Assembly (NCBI GenBank): GCA_000004695.1
Contig: CM000151.3
Coordinates: 1,184,001 to 1,248,000 of the forward strand
Direction of reading: 5' to 3'
Length of the DNA stretch: 64,000 bases
Origin: Dictyostelium discoideum
Lineage: Eukaryota
Positions 27,180-39,070 of this stretch are shown here, one piece after another. How positions within the stretch are numbered: position 1 is the first letter of the stretch; each line of letters begins with the position of its first letter. The position numbers and the translations under genes were made by a program. The notes below the pieces were generated by a model. The model had not been told where the DNA came from. It ran no database searches and was given only the letters and a program-made list of their open reading frames with translations.

Positions 27180-28424
27180 CGTATTAAAGTTGGAATTGCA
27201 ATTGTTTCTTGTGATTTATTAAATATAAATTCACCAACGATTTGTGGTTCTTCTAAATCGAAATCATCCTCATCATCATCAAAAACCAAGTTATCAACAT
27301 CAGTTTTATTTGGTGATGTTATCATTGCATTATCTCCATTCACCTGATATGGTTCTACGTTATAATTTTTTCTAATCTCCTCTATAACACTATTTATATC
27401 AAATTGTTGAGATTTTATTTTAATAAGTTCTATTTGTTCTTTTATAAAACTGTTTATATTATTTTCTGCTTTATTTTCATTAATATTATTTTCATTATCA
27501 CTATTGCCAACAATATCAATATTTTCATTTTCGTTTGTATTTTCATTTGTATTTTCATTTTCATTTGTATTTTTATTATTATTATTATTATTACTATTAC
27601 TATTTTTATAATTATCAAAATTTGAAATGATATCAATTGTATTTGAAATATAATCCTCCAATTCATCAAATTCATGTAAACCAATGAAAGAATTATCAAC
27701 TCTTTTAATGATTTCAGTTAATTGTGATATCTTTTGATTTTTATTCTTTATTAAATATTTTTGAATGTTTACGATTGTATCTAAATCAATGAATTTCTTT
27801 GATAAATGATTCTCGATGAAATTATGTAACTCTTTGATATCTTGATTCTGTTCTTCGATTATTTTCGACATATATTGAGAATGATGATTCGCTGTAACCA
27901 AATGTTTGGACATATTGTATCTTTTTAATTTCTTTTGACAACCACCAGCAACATAGACACAATCAATTACTGATTCTGGACAATTTGATTCCTTATGTTC
28001 TTGTATATACTTTTTCTTGAATACATGTTTGCAATCTTCACATTTTATTGGTATATCACTACACCATTCCGATAAATGAATTTCGTGGTCGATTCTATTG
28101 ATTAATTCATTACAATGCTCACATGTTATAGTTTGATATAAACATTGTTCATCATGTTCATCCAATAAACTCTTATTAATCTTTCCACATCTCTTTAATA
28201 GTTTTTCATCAATTTGTGGATTTGCACGAATGAAATCATCATAATTTTTACAATCTGTATAAGTCAATGGACATTCCTTTATATGTTTTTCATATTCATC
28301 AACTCTAATTATCTCTTTACATCCATTCTCTTCATCAATTGTAAAATTTTTTGTTTCATAATATCTATTTTTACAATAAACCTAATAATAATAATAAAAT
28401 AAATGATAAAAGTTAATTAAATTT

Positions 28425-28456
<32 letters not shown>

Positions 28457-28729
28457 TACTTTATTAGCAGATATTTTTTGAGCAATATAAAGATTTAAAG
28501 ATAAATCTTTTATTGAAGATACTGGTACTTTGCATTGAAGACAATTTTTTCTAAGTTTTAAATGTTGTTCCCAACATTGTAAACATTTGGTATGACCATT
28601 TTTACATTGTAATGCCTTGAATTTTTCTGGATTAAAATTATTTATTAATAATTCGCCACAATCTGGGCAATAATATTTCTTTGATATTGAATCTTTTTCA
28701 ACTAATAATTTTATTATTGGTATATCCAT
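25397..28729 (-). CDS. TRAF-like protein of ~1084 aa: RING finger, TRAF-type zinc fingers, a long N/T/E-rich low-complexity linker and a C-terminal MATH (TRAF-C) domain; 2 exons
   Basis: Exon 1 is 28729..28460 (MDIPIIKLL..; C3HC4 RING CPDCGELL..CKNGHTKCLQCW..CLQCKVPV; donor AAT AAA|GTAAAA). Exon 2 is 28381..25397 (acceptor ttattag|GTT TAT TGT, phase 0). It holds TRAF zinc-finger motifs (CEHCNELINRIDHEIH..CEDCKHVFKKKYIQEHKESNC), a (GAAAAT)n repeat encoding (EN)n, an (AAT)n run encoding N32, and a MATH domain ..FRNQILFKDFTKLNARHGVGVSIKHNHTIGKYKFYSELFINGE..YWDNELL.. The 'M' shown on ORF 25397..28267 is a TTG codon, and the frame is open upstream to the acceptor. Confidence 0.85.
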
Positions 28730-29295
28730 TGTGAAATTTGAAAATAAAAAATAAAAAAAAAAAATAAAAAAAAAAAAAAAAATAAAAATAAAAAAAATTA
28801 TTTTCAAAAACAATTTATTTATTTTTTTTATTAATATTTTTATTATTATAATTTAAACCGCTTTTTTAAATATCTATAGAATCTTGATTTTAAGTTGGAA
28901 TTGGTTCATTTTTTTTTTTTTTTTTATTTATTTATTTCATAAAGTCCAACATTCCATAAAAAATTTTAAAAAAAAAAATGTTTTTTTTTTTTTTTGAACA
29001 GGTGGTAGAAAAAAAAAAAGAACTGTTATTTTTAAATTTTTTGTGGAGAGAAAATAAAAAAAAAAATAAATATAAATAAAAAAATAAAACGCTGTTTCAA
29101 TTTTTTTTTATTTTTTTGTTTGGTTTAAACAATGAATTTTTTTTATTATTTTTTATTTTGTTGTTTGATTTTAATTTGATTTATTTCATCTTATTTTTAT
29201 TTGTTTATTTATTTATTTTGAAATAAAAAAAAATAAAAAAAAAAAATTTTATTATATATTAAAATTTTGAAATTTTAAAATTAAAATTTCTGTTA

Positions 29296-29790
29296 CATTG
29301 GACCTATCTATGAATTAATTATAAGTAACTCTACATTTTTTAAAAAGATCGAGTTATCTGGGAATAAATCGAATTGTTTCAAAAAAAGTTTTTTTTTTTT
29401 TTTAATATAATGAATGACTTAAAAAACAAAATTTTTAAATAATATCAAACAATATTTGTTAAGACCTATTGTAGAATTAAATTTAGAATGTAATTATAGA
29501 GAAATAAATAAAATATAAAAAAATGAACTTTGAAAAAAAAAGAAATTTCAAAAAAAACAAAACAATTTTGTTTGAATACATAAAAAAAATATACAATTGT
29601 GAATAAATCATAAAATTGAAAAATAAAAAATAATATGGCCAATGAAATTTTTTTCGATAAATACAGCTTTTCCCGAATAACTCGATCTTTTCCCGAATAA
29701 CTCTATCTTTTCCCGAATAACTCGATCTTTTTCAAAAAAAAATTTTTTTTTTTCAAGATTAATTCAATTATTCACTGATAGGTCTTTTGT
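29296..29790. mobile_element. MITE-like non-autonomous element (~0.5 kb) with nested terminal inverted repeats
   Basis: The outer TIR is ggacctatctatgaattaatt (29297..) against aattaattcaattattcactgataggtc (..29790). The inner inverted pair is aaaagatcgagttatctgggaa (29346..) against 3.5 tandem copies of a 20-bp unit cccgaataactcgatctttt (29650..29725). The sequence is GC-richer than its flanks and has no ORF. Confidence 0.35.
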
Positions 29791-30215
29791 TGGGTATTTA
29801 TTTAATTTAGAAATTAAAAATTAGTAAAATTAATAAAAAGAAGATTTTTTTTTAAAAAATCTACAAAGGTTGAGTCAAAAATATAAAAAAATAAAAAAAA
29901 ATAAAAAACCATAAAATTTTAAAAAAAGATATTTTTTGTATAAAATAAAAAACAGATTTTTTTTTTTTTTGATATTTTCCAATGATGATGTAATTTAAAA
30001 TTAAAAAAGATATTTTTTTTAAAAAAAAAAATCTCAGTAAAAAAAGTCATAGATTTTTTTGTTTTTTCCAAAAAAAAAAAATAAACTTGAATATTAAGGG
30101 AAAACTAAATAAAATGAAAATCCATTAAAAAATAAGTTTAGGATATGAGTAGAAATTAATTAATCAATTTTAATAGAAAAAAACTTTTTTACTAGAATGT
30201 ATTAAAATAAAAAGT

Positions 30216-31418
30216 TTATTCATTTTGAATTATGTACAGGCCACGGTCATTAATTTGATTTATTGATTTAACATCAAGAGGATGTTTAAAGGAAGGGGAA
30301 CGACCCACAAATGAAACAGTGTTTGGGATAGAATCTTTTTCAAGTGGTTGAACTATATTATAGAAAAACACCTCTTTAACTGATTTTGGAATTATTCCCT
30401 TTGTAATTTTTTGACTAAATCCATCACAAAAGAAGAGTGTATCTACAGTTTCAGGAATTGAAGCCTCAGTCAATTGAAGACCAATGTTAAAAAGGTAAAG
30501 TGATCTAACAGTTTTTGGTAATGATATTAATGATTGATTAAATCCATTGGGCAATAATAATCTTTTGGTTGATTTTGGCATGGTTTTAGGTAGACGCTGT
30601 CCCTCTCCAATTGCAAGAGATTCTGTATCATCTGGTATACTATCACCATCATTGTAAACTGTAAATATAAATTTACCCCATCTGTATCTTGACAACTGTT
30701 TTAGAGGTGAATGTTCATTAGTAGGAGGCAATTGTCCATGGTATTTATCAATACTAATTATTAAATTAAACAAATCTTTAATTGAATTAAATGATGACTC
30801 TGAAATGGTAACCTTTGAACTTGAATAATCTGGCAAATCACTAAAATGACATGTCAAAATCTTTTTACTTTGATATGAATCTTTAATGATTTGAATGTGT
30901 TTATCATTTAAATTTTGGCTTTCATCAATGAAATTATAATCATTTTTTAGACTTATTACTTTTGATAAAACTTTTAATTCTTCCTTGACTTTTGTGTTGA
31001 AAACATCATTAATATCAGTATTTTCATCTAAATTTGTAATTAATTGTTGATTTAAATTATTTTCAACAGTTTGCAAAATTGTATGTAATTTCATAATTTG
31101 GCCACTGATAATTTGTAAATTTGATTTATGTTTTTCTTTAATTTCTTCATATTTTGTTAAATTACCTTTAAGTAAATCTTGATTGTTTTTTATTAATTCA
31201 TCAATTTTTGGTATTGTTTTTTCATTCATTTCTTTTAAAATTGGTAAAACACTTTCATCATCGATTTCTATAATATCATGACCAAAGTGAATACCCTTTA
31301 AAACCACACACTTATTGCAAGCAGGTGAAAATTTACATGAAGTGCAAATAAATGTTATTTCCTGTGTTGAATGAATGAGACAAAATGTATTTTGTTCATT
31401 TTCAACTTCTTTATTCAT
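30216..31418 (-). CDS. B-box zinc-finger + FNIP-repeat protein (400 aa), single exon
   Basis: A real ATG is at 31418. The N-terminal B-box-like cluster is FCLIHSTQEITFICTSCKFSPACNKCVVLKGIHFGH. The C-terminal FNIP repeats include LPKTVRSLYLFNIGLQL, IPETVDTLFFCDGFSQKITKGIIPKSVKEVFFYN and IPNTVSFVG. Confidence 0.8.
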   Translation of the reverse strand: MNKEVENEQNTFCLIHSTQEITFICTSCKFSPACNKCVVLKGIHFGHDIIEIDDESVLPILKEMNEKTIPKIDELIKNNQDLLKGNLTKYEEIKEKHKSNLQIISGQIMKLHTILQTVENNLNQQLITNLDENTDINDVFNTKVKEELKVLSKVISLKNDYNFIDESQNLNDKHIQIIKDSYQSKKILTCHFSDLPDYSSSKVTISESSFNSIKDLFNLIISIDKYHGQLPPTNEHSPLKQLSRYRWGKFIFTVYNDGDSIPDDTESLAIGEGQRLPKTMPKSTKRLLLPNGFNQSLISLPKTVRSLYLFNIGLQLTEASIPETVDTLFFCDGFSQKITKGIIPKSVKEVFFYNIVQPLEKDSIPNTVSFVGRSPSFKHPLDVKSINQINDRGLYIIQNE

Positions 31419-31481
31419 TTTTTAACTTTAGGAAAAAAAAAAAAATTAATGCACAAAAAAAATAAATATATATAAAGTGTT

Positions 31482-31514
<33 letters not shown>

Positions 31515-32064
31515 TAAAAAAATGAAAAAAGCTTTTGATTTAATTTTTTTTTAATTTTAAAAAAATTAAATACCCTCTGAAAAATAAAAAAAAAAAAACC
31601 TCCTTAAAAAATTAAGTGCTTCTTAAAAAGATATACCCCAACAAAATCTCAATATTTGCTTTTTTTTTTTTTTTCTTTAGAAAATAATTTTAATTAAATA
31701 ATTTCTAAATTTTATCTTGATATATGAATTTCGCTTTTGACAAATCTTTAAAAAAGTAATTATAATAACTTTGATTTTATTCATTGACAAAAAAAAAAAA
31801 ATAAAAAAAATAATGATTTTTAGGCTATCCAAAGGTGGGAAATTATGAACAAAAAAAACTCTTTAATTTTAAAAATGGTCGGAACTGAAATATCTTGCAA
31901 TCATAGCAATTGAGATATTTTTATTTTTTTTTTTAATTTTTTTTTTTTTTTAATTTTTTTTTTTTTTTTTACCTGAAACCACACCTATTTAATCATGATT
32001 AAAAGGTTTTTTTTTTTTTTTTTTTTTTTTTACTCTCACCTTTTAAAATAATAAATAAATAAAA

Positions 32065-32640
32065 ATGAAAATATTATATTTAATTTTTACAATTTTAATT
32101 TTAATTAATTTTACATTTGCAAATGATGGATTTGTTTTAGTTACACCAATGGGAACAGGAGAAGAATGTTCATCAACTCCATATGGTGAAGGATACTATT
32201 TACCAACTGGAACAGAGATTACAATCGATTATGAATGCTATCAATTTGATTTTGTAAACTCATCAACTCATTTACAAGTTCAATATTTAGGTAAAAACTG
32301 CACAGCTGAACATCCATCAGTCACTATTTTCCCAATGAACGAATGTGTTGATTTCAAAATTAAAGAAGACGACCTTTCATTTATGTCAATAATTACAGCC
32401 AATGATGTTATTCCAGAACAATCAATTTCATACGTTTATTATTACTATTCAAACTTTTGTAGTGGTCCAACTTACCAATTATTCTTTACAAATGGTTACT
32501 CAAATGAATATTCAAAATATCAATGTGTAAATGGTAAACCACAAGTTTTTGTTTGTACTGATTCCGGTTCTTGTACTCCAATCGATGCAAGTGGTTGTAC
32601 AAATAAAAATGTACCAATTCCATATAGAGTAGAATGTTAA
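32065..32640 (+). CDS. Small secreted cysteine-rich protein (191 aa)
   Basis: The signal peptide is MKILYLIFTILILINFTFA. The mature region has about 14 Cys (..GEECSSTPYGEGYY..YECYQF..CTAEHP..CVDF..CSGPTY..CVNGKPQVFVCTDSGSCTPIDASGCTNK..VEC*). It is a single ORF with a real ATG. Confidence 0.7.
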   Translation: MKILYLIFTILILINFTFANDGFVLVTPMGTGEECSSTPYGEGYYLPTGTEITIDYECYQFDFVNSSTHLQVQYLGKNCTAEHPSVTIFPMNECVDFKIKEDDLSFMSIITANDVIPEQSISYVYYYYSNFCSGPTYQLFFTNGYSNEYSKYQCVNGKPQVFVCTDSGSCTPIDASGCTNKNVPIPYRVEC

Positions 32641-32701
32641 AAAAATAAAATAAAATATAAAATAAAAATAAAATAAAATAAAAATAACTTTTTTAAAAAT
32701 T

Positions 32702-34187
32702 TTAAACTGCTTGTTTATTATCAATATTATTACTATTACTACTAGTTGTCGCTTGATAATCATAAATATCATTTGGATGATTTTCTATATTATTATTGTT
32801 ATTATTGTTATTATTATTATTATTATCCTTTGGAATTGATGATTGATTATCAATATTATTCATATCATTGTCAGAATTAAAATCATCATCATCAGGATGA
32901 TCATCGGTATTCTTTTTAATATTGAAAAGGATACGATGGAAAAGGTATTTCTTATTGATATGGCTACCCAAAACTTGACGAGCATAAACTGCATCTTGAT
33001 GAGCTGGTAATCTTCTGAAAAACATTAACCAGAAACACCAGAGGGCATAAAACATAATTAGAATGGCAATGATAAAGAGTAATGGAGTATTCCAATTTGC
33101 AATTTGTTGAAAAACACCTTGAAAACCCAATAGACCTGTATCTGGTTCAATTCCTTTATGAATATCGGCAACTGCCTTAATCAATACACCACCAAATGCA
33201 CCGAAAAACATTGATCTACCAACGGCACCAATTCTAGCGAAACCCAAAGCACCCCAATATAAATATTTATTCATACGTTCTGTTGAAAGTTCTCTCTTGA
33301 ATTTATCAGGTTTAATAAAGTAAACCAAGTACACTATTGACACCACAAAGAAAGTTACACCCAACACACAAACGATGATTTGTCCGAAAATATACTTGTA
33401 AAGGAAACCCAAGATATGGGATGTGCCACTTACCTCTTTTCTAGTGTGTGCCAATACTCTTGCAGCGTCAACACCCAATACAAAATAAAAACCACTTGAG
33501 AAAACTCTACCAAATCTCTTTAAAATTGCACCTGCACTTTTGTGTCCCAATTGATCAACATCGAATACAATATAAAAAATACCCCAACAACCATAACTCC
33601 ATAAACCGAGTAACAATAAGAATATTATACCACCACTAAACATTTCTTGTAATTCTTCAAATACACCATCTGGACCTGCTACTTTTCTTTCTTTATCAAC
33701 TGCTGCTGCTAATGATAATACACCTAATGAACAATATAAAATTGCTTTTTATAAAATAAAAAAAAAAAATAAAATAAAAAAAAATAAAAAAATAATTAAT
33801 ATTTGGTTTTGTTTTTTTTTTTTCTTTTTCCAAAAAAATATATATAATGTTACTTTTTGAAAGAAAACCAAATCTAGTAATAATTTGAGCTGCTAAATAA
33901 AATCTTTGATTTTGATTGATATCCCATTTATATTTATTTTTATTAAATATAAATTTAAAGTAACCCCATTTACTGGTTTCTTTTAATCTTTTTCTTTCAC
34001 TAAGTTCTTCATACTTTTTATTTAAATCTACATCTGGTTTAATACTTGGTGTTCCATGTTCACCATTCTCTCTATGTGAATCTCTATATTCATAATACTG
34101 TTTTCTATCATAATCCTCTTCAATTGGTGTTATATCGTCCCTATCTATAATTTTATAATTAATAATAATTTTTTTTTTATTATTCAC
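32702..34187 (-). CDS. Multi-pass membrane protein (~346-458 aa) of unknown family. Exon 2 is secure; the 5' exon and start codon are unresolved.
   Basis: Exon 2 is 33744..32702 (acceptor ttataaaaag|CA ATT.., reading ..ILYCSLGVLSLAAAVDKERKVAGPDGVFEELQEMFSGGIIFLLLLG.. with several TM helices and Gly-rich stretches such as GALGFARIGAVGRSMFFGAFGGVLIKAV). The putative exon 1 is 34187..33854 (..WGYFKFIFNKNKYKWDINQNQRFYLAAQIITRFGFLSK, donor A|GTAACA, phase 1, matching the acceptor). That frame begins with GTG and contains no ATG. Translation may instead start at M33643, or at a 5' mini-exon I did not find. Confidence 0.55.
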
Positions 34188-34305
34188 GTATATATAAAAT
34201 ATAAAAAAAAAAAAAAAAAATTTTTAAAGTGTTAGAGTTTTTTTTTTTTTTTTTTTTACATATAAAATTGTCAAGTCCAAAAGTTATTTTTTTTTTTTTT
34301 TCACC

Positions 34306-34349
<44 letters not shown>

Positions 34350-34426
34350 GCAAATGTGTATATGTTTTATGGTATTATTTTTATGTTATTATTATTATCA
34401 TTATTATTATTCTAAATAATTTATAA

Positions 34427-34581
34427 CTATATGGAAGAGGAGGGGAGGGATAAAAAAAAATAATAAAAAAATAGTAAACTATTATAATATTCACATTCAA
34501 CTTTTAAACCACTTGGTGATGAGTTTTCATTTGGGTTTTTTGATAAACTTGCTGAAATATCTTTTATATTATTGTTATCAC

Positions 34582-34629
<48 letters not shown>

Positions 34630-35488
34630 TTGTATTATTACTATCATCAATAGTATTTGGATTATCCATACTATCTAATGTTGTATTTGTTGTTGAAGTT
34701 GTAGTAGTAGTAGTTGTTGTTGTTGTTGTATTATTACTATCGTTATTGTTGTTTTCGTGAATGTCAAAACTATTAATAATTTTATTTTGTTCGGCCAAAT
34801 TGTTTTTTATTTTATTTTCGTCCAAGGTCAAAGTCGAATTCGGAGCAAGTTCACGTGCTTTTTTTCTTTTTGAGTTTTTTGTGTGGTGGTCTTTTGATGA
34901 TTTTTTTGATTTTTTTTGGATTTTATTTTTGTTTTTATTTTTATTTTCACTTGAAATATTTTCAGTGGTCGAATTGTTTTTATTTTCACCAGTGTTATCA
35001 CTACTACTACTACTACTACTATCACTATTATCACTGTTATCAATATCAATTTCTATGAAATCTTTATTTTTACTGAAGTTATTTAAACTACTACTATTAC
35101 TAAAACTATTATTATTACTATTATTACTGTTATTATTACTATTATTACTGCTACTGCTACTATTGTTGTTGTTGTTGTTGTTTTTGTTATATGAGGATGA
35201 TGTGAGGTGAGGAGTTATTGAGGATAACATATCCCTCATACTTTTTTTACGTAATGAACAATATTCGGTGGAATTCTCTAAATCGTCATGTTCCAAGTTT
35301 GCACCTTCTTTACCAAATTCTATATTTTTTAAGATTGGATCAGGTGATGTCCTAGTTGTAGTTGTTTTTTTAATATCGTTATCATCTTCTTCGTCAACTA
35401 CAATTGCACCATTTTTACTTAAATTTATATTATTATTATTATCATTATTATTATTTATATTATTATCATTTATATTATTATCATTCAT
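34427..35488 (-). CDS. Asn/Ser/Thr-rich low-complexity protein (353 aa), single exon
   Basis: An ORF runs from the ATG at 35488 to the TAG at 34427. The non-repetitive N-terminal part is ..GAIVVDEEDDNDIKKTTTTRTSPDPILKNIEFGKEGANLEHDDLENSTEYCSLRKKSMRDMLSSITPHLTSS.. I recognise no domain. Confidence 0.55.
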
Positions 35489-35581
35489 TATTTTAATAAA
35501 TTATTATTTTTAAAAATTAAAAACTAAAAATATATTATTATTATTTTTTATTTTTTATTATTTATTATTATTATTATTTTT

Positions 35582-35659
<78 letters not shown>

Positions 35660-36429
35660 ATTTTTTAAAGTTAATTAATTGTATAAATTGTAGTAGTTTA
35701 AATATTTATTGTTACAAAATTATTATTTTTAATTGATATTGATAGTTAAAAAAAATAAATAAATAAATATATAAATTATTATAAAACGGTGAATAAAAAA
35801 AAAAAATAAAAAAAAAAAAAAAATTAATGAATTATTATTTAATGTTAAAAATAGTAATAATAATAATCAACTATTTTATTTTAAATCTTATTTGATTGTA
35901 ATATTATTAATAAATAAATTTTGGAGTGTTTTTATTTTTAATTGTTTGTTTGGTTTGCGTTTGGGTGTTTTTTTTTTTATTTATTTATTTATTTATTTAT
36001 TTTTATTTTATTTTTTTATTTTTTTGATATATAATTATAATTATTGTTATATGAGTGTGTGTCTTTGATGTCAAAATGTATAAGAAAATTAATTTAAAAA
36101 ATAAAAAAGAGTAAAAAAAAATAAAATAAAAAAAATAAAAATAAAATAAAATAATAAAAAATTTAATAAATTAAAATTTTAATATACCCTAGATATTTTC
36201 GTGTAGCATTTAAAAGTGCAATATTCTTTTTTTCAAATTCTTTTTTTTTTTTTTTTCTTTGAGATTACAATGAATTTAAATGTTAATAAGTAAAAAAAAA
36301 AAAAAAAAAAAATAATAAAAATAAAAAAAAAAAAAAAAAAAAAAAATATTATTCATAACAATCTCCTTTTCAGACAAAAATAAAAAAAAAAAAAAAAAAA
36401 AAATAAAAAAAAATAAAAAGAATTTTTAA

Positions 36430-36480
36430 GGGGGTTTGCGAGAGAAATCGTCATTCTAACATTCAATGCAACCCCTATAA
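36430..36480. ncRNA. Candidate small structured RNA: a ~50-nt GC-rich island in poly-A-rich intergenic DNA, with a terminal stem
   Basis: The sequence is agggggtttgcgagagaaatcgtcattctaacattcaatgcaacccctat. The 5' aggggtttgc pairs with the 3' gcaacccct (a 9-bp stem), enclosing about 30 nt. Both flanks are A/T homopolymer. No upstream DUSE-like element is visible, so this is speculative. Confidence 0.2.
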
Positions 36481-36683
36481 AAAAAAAAAAAAAAAAATTA
36501 AAAAACAGAATTAAAAAAAAAAAATATAAAAATAAAAATAGAATAAAGTTAAAAATACATTAAAAAATTATTTCTAAAATTTTTTTTGTTTATTGTTTTT
36601 TTAATTATTATTATTTTAATTTTTATTATTTTTTATTTTTTATTTTTTTTATTTTTTTTTTATTTTTTTTTTATTTTATTTTT

Positions 36684-37324
36684 TTACATCCAATTATAAG
36701 ATGGAGTTAATGAACCTTCGAATTTAAGAATTGAATTAATGAAAGAATCAGTTTCTTTGGCATAAAGACGATTATCGATATGGATCATATCTTGATCAAT
36801 GTAGAAATCGATATCCAATTGATTATTCCATTTAGTTTCACCTTTACCTAAAACGTTGAATAATTTATGTTTGTAACAAGTGAGTTTAACACGTAAATCC
36901 TCTGGATCGATTTGAAGTAAACCAGCCAACTTTTGAATGGAGATAGTTGAATACAAAGTGATATAACTACGAATGGTTGTCAAGAGGGATTGTTGTTTGA
37001 CCTCCTCTAAAAACAATGATAATTGAAGACGATGTGGATCCAAAGCGGTTACATTGAAACCTGAAATGTATGGTGGTACTGGACCGATACAACGTGGGGC
37101 AGCAAATGTATACAATTCCTCATAAACTGAAAGATCACCCTTTTGTAATCTTAATAATTTATCACCAAATTTCTCTTTCAAATTATTACTAACATTTTCA
37201 TCAATCTTATTTGGATAAAGTGCTTGACAAATTGTTAATAATGCATACATTTTATCTGTTTTTTTCTCATTCTAAATAAAATAAATAAATAAATAATTAA
37301 TTAATATAAAATCTTTTCAATTTG

Positions 37325-37368
<44 letters not shown>

Positions 37369-37983
37369 TATTAATTATAAAAAACAACTTACATGATCAG
37401 ATTGGAAATTTTGAGATTTTGATTTTGAAGCAACAGAAACTAAAATTGTATTTAAAGCTTTAGTGGCTTCATTATATTTTCTTGACATAAGATAGGCGAA
37501 ACCCAAATAGTAGTAAAGGGTGATATGACAAGCGGTGACGTAGGTATACATGGCTTTCTTACCCATATCGATGAGTTCCAATGTTTTCAAGGCCAATGTG
37601 TAATCACCCAATAAACATTGAACACGTACTAAACTGATTACAGAGTAGTAACCCAACATTTTGTAGACTGGATGTGAACAGAAATCTTCAGATGATGATT
37701 CGAATCTATTGGTATTTGCACTGAAAATTTGTGATTTCTTAATGATATAATAAAGATAACGAATAACGTTTGTGGTATCCCAAATCTCTGGATTCTCTGA
37801 TAAAAAGTCAACATCTTGTTTCTTTAACTTAAATTTAGCAAAAGTATGATATTGATAAACGAATTCATCAACAAGATCCCATAACCATGCATTTGGTAAA
37901 TCAATTTCAACATCATTTGGTGAATTTGCACCTAAAAATAAATAAATAAATAAAAAAAAATAAAAAAATAAAAAATTAGTATG

Positions 37984-38028
<45 letters not shown>

Positions 38029-38754
38029 TTTAATTAATAACTTACTTAATAAAGTATGGAAAATTTGATAATAATTTTGCCATGATTCAACACAGGTGTT
38101 TATATTTGGTTGAAAAACTAAAGCATAATAATAACGATAATAGATTTCTTTGTATAATAAAACAAAGAAACGATCGGTGAAGGAGGATTCTTCAAATTTA
38201 TCACCCAAGATTGGAATTAAGTTTTCAATGGTTGGTAATGCGCAATGTGGATAATAGGTTTCACAACTCTTGAAGAAACTATCGTATGAAACTAAAATAT
38301 CTTGATGTGATTGTGATTTAAAGTTATTGTAGAGATTGATGAAATAGTTGATCACTGGTGTGTAAAGAGCTGTTGCTGGTGGTAAAAAGTTGCTTTGGAA
38401 TTGAGCTGATTGGTTTTGTTGAGTTTGTTGTTGATATGCTTGTAATTGTTGAACTTGTTGTTGTGATAAATTAATTGGGAAACTCTCGACATTTGATGGG
38501 GTTTTACCACCACGATGACCACCTTGTTTATTTTGTTGTTGATTGCCACCACCTTGTTGATTACCTTGTTGATTTTGATTACCTTGTTGATTTTGGTGTT
38601 TATTTCTATGTTGTTGTTGTTGTTGTTGTTGGCCACCTTGTTGTTGTTGGTTATTGTTATTTCTATTTTGATAGTTTTTATTATTACCTCCTTTACGATT
38701 ATTATTTTGATTGGTATTGGTATTTGTGGTACCAGCGTTATTTGTTTGACTCAT
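36684..38754 (-). CDS. eif3L: Eukaryotic translation initiation factor 3 subunit L (eIF3L, PCI-domain), 3 exons, ~611 aa
   Basis: Exons on the minus strand are 38754..38046 (poly-Q/N-rich N-terminus; donor TTA A|GTAAGT), 37931..37393 (acceptor tttttag|GT GCA; donor CAT|GTAAGT) and 37271..36684 (acceptor ttatttag|AAT GAG). Matches to human EIF3L are [18 protein letters not shown] for [53 protein letters not shown] for [52 protein letters not shown] for FLILYKELYYRHIYAKV, and the C-terminal [24 protein letters not shown] for LREKYGDKMLRMQKGDPQVYEELF. Confidence 0.9.
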
Positions 38755-39039
38755 TCTGTACAGAATCTATTTTTTGATTTTATTATAAATATAATAATTT
38801 AGACACACAAATGAATGTTATCTTTTTTTTTTTATAAGTATAAATAAAATAGTCAATCAAATTGAAAAAAAATAAAAATAAAAAAATAAAAAAATTGAAA
38901 AATTGAAAAAAATGAAAAATTTTTTTTTTTTTTTTTTTTCTTTTTTTTCCTAACAAAAAAAAAACGTGCAAGAAGTTCAAAAAAAAAAAAAAAAAAAATG
39001 GAAAATTTAAAAATAATTAAAAAAAAAACCAAATTTGTA

Positions 39040-39070
<31 letters not shown>

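Noticed and set aside
28730-28813. MFLKIIFFIFIFFFFFIFFFYFLFSNFT N-terminal extension of ORF 28382..28813
   Set aside because: This is a poly-A/T promoter sequence read as Phe/Ile. The real initiator is the downstream ATG at 28729 (MDIPIIKLL..), just before the RING finger.
34229-34426. Plus ORF 34229..34426 (poly-F/K) and other ORFs within the 34.2-36.6 kb homopolymer runs
   Set aside because: This is homopolymeric A/T intergenic sequence between the membrane-protein gene and the N-rich gene.
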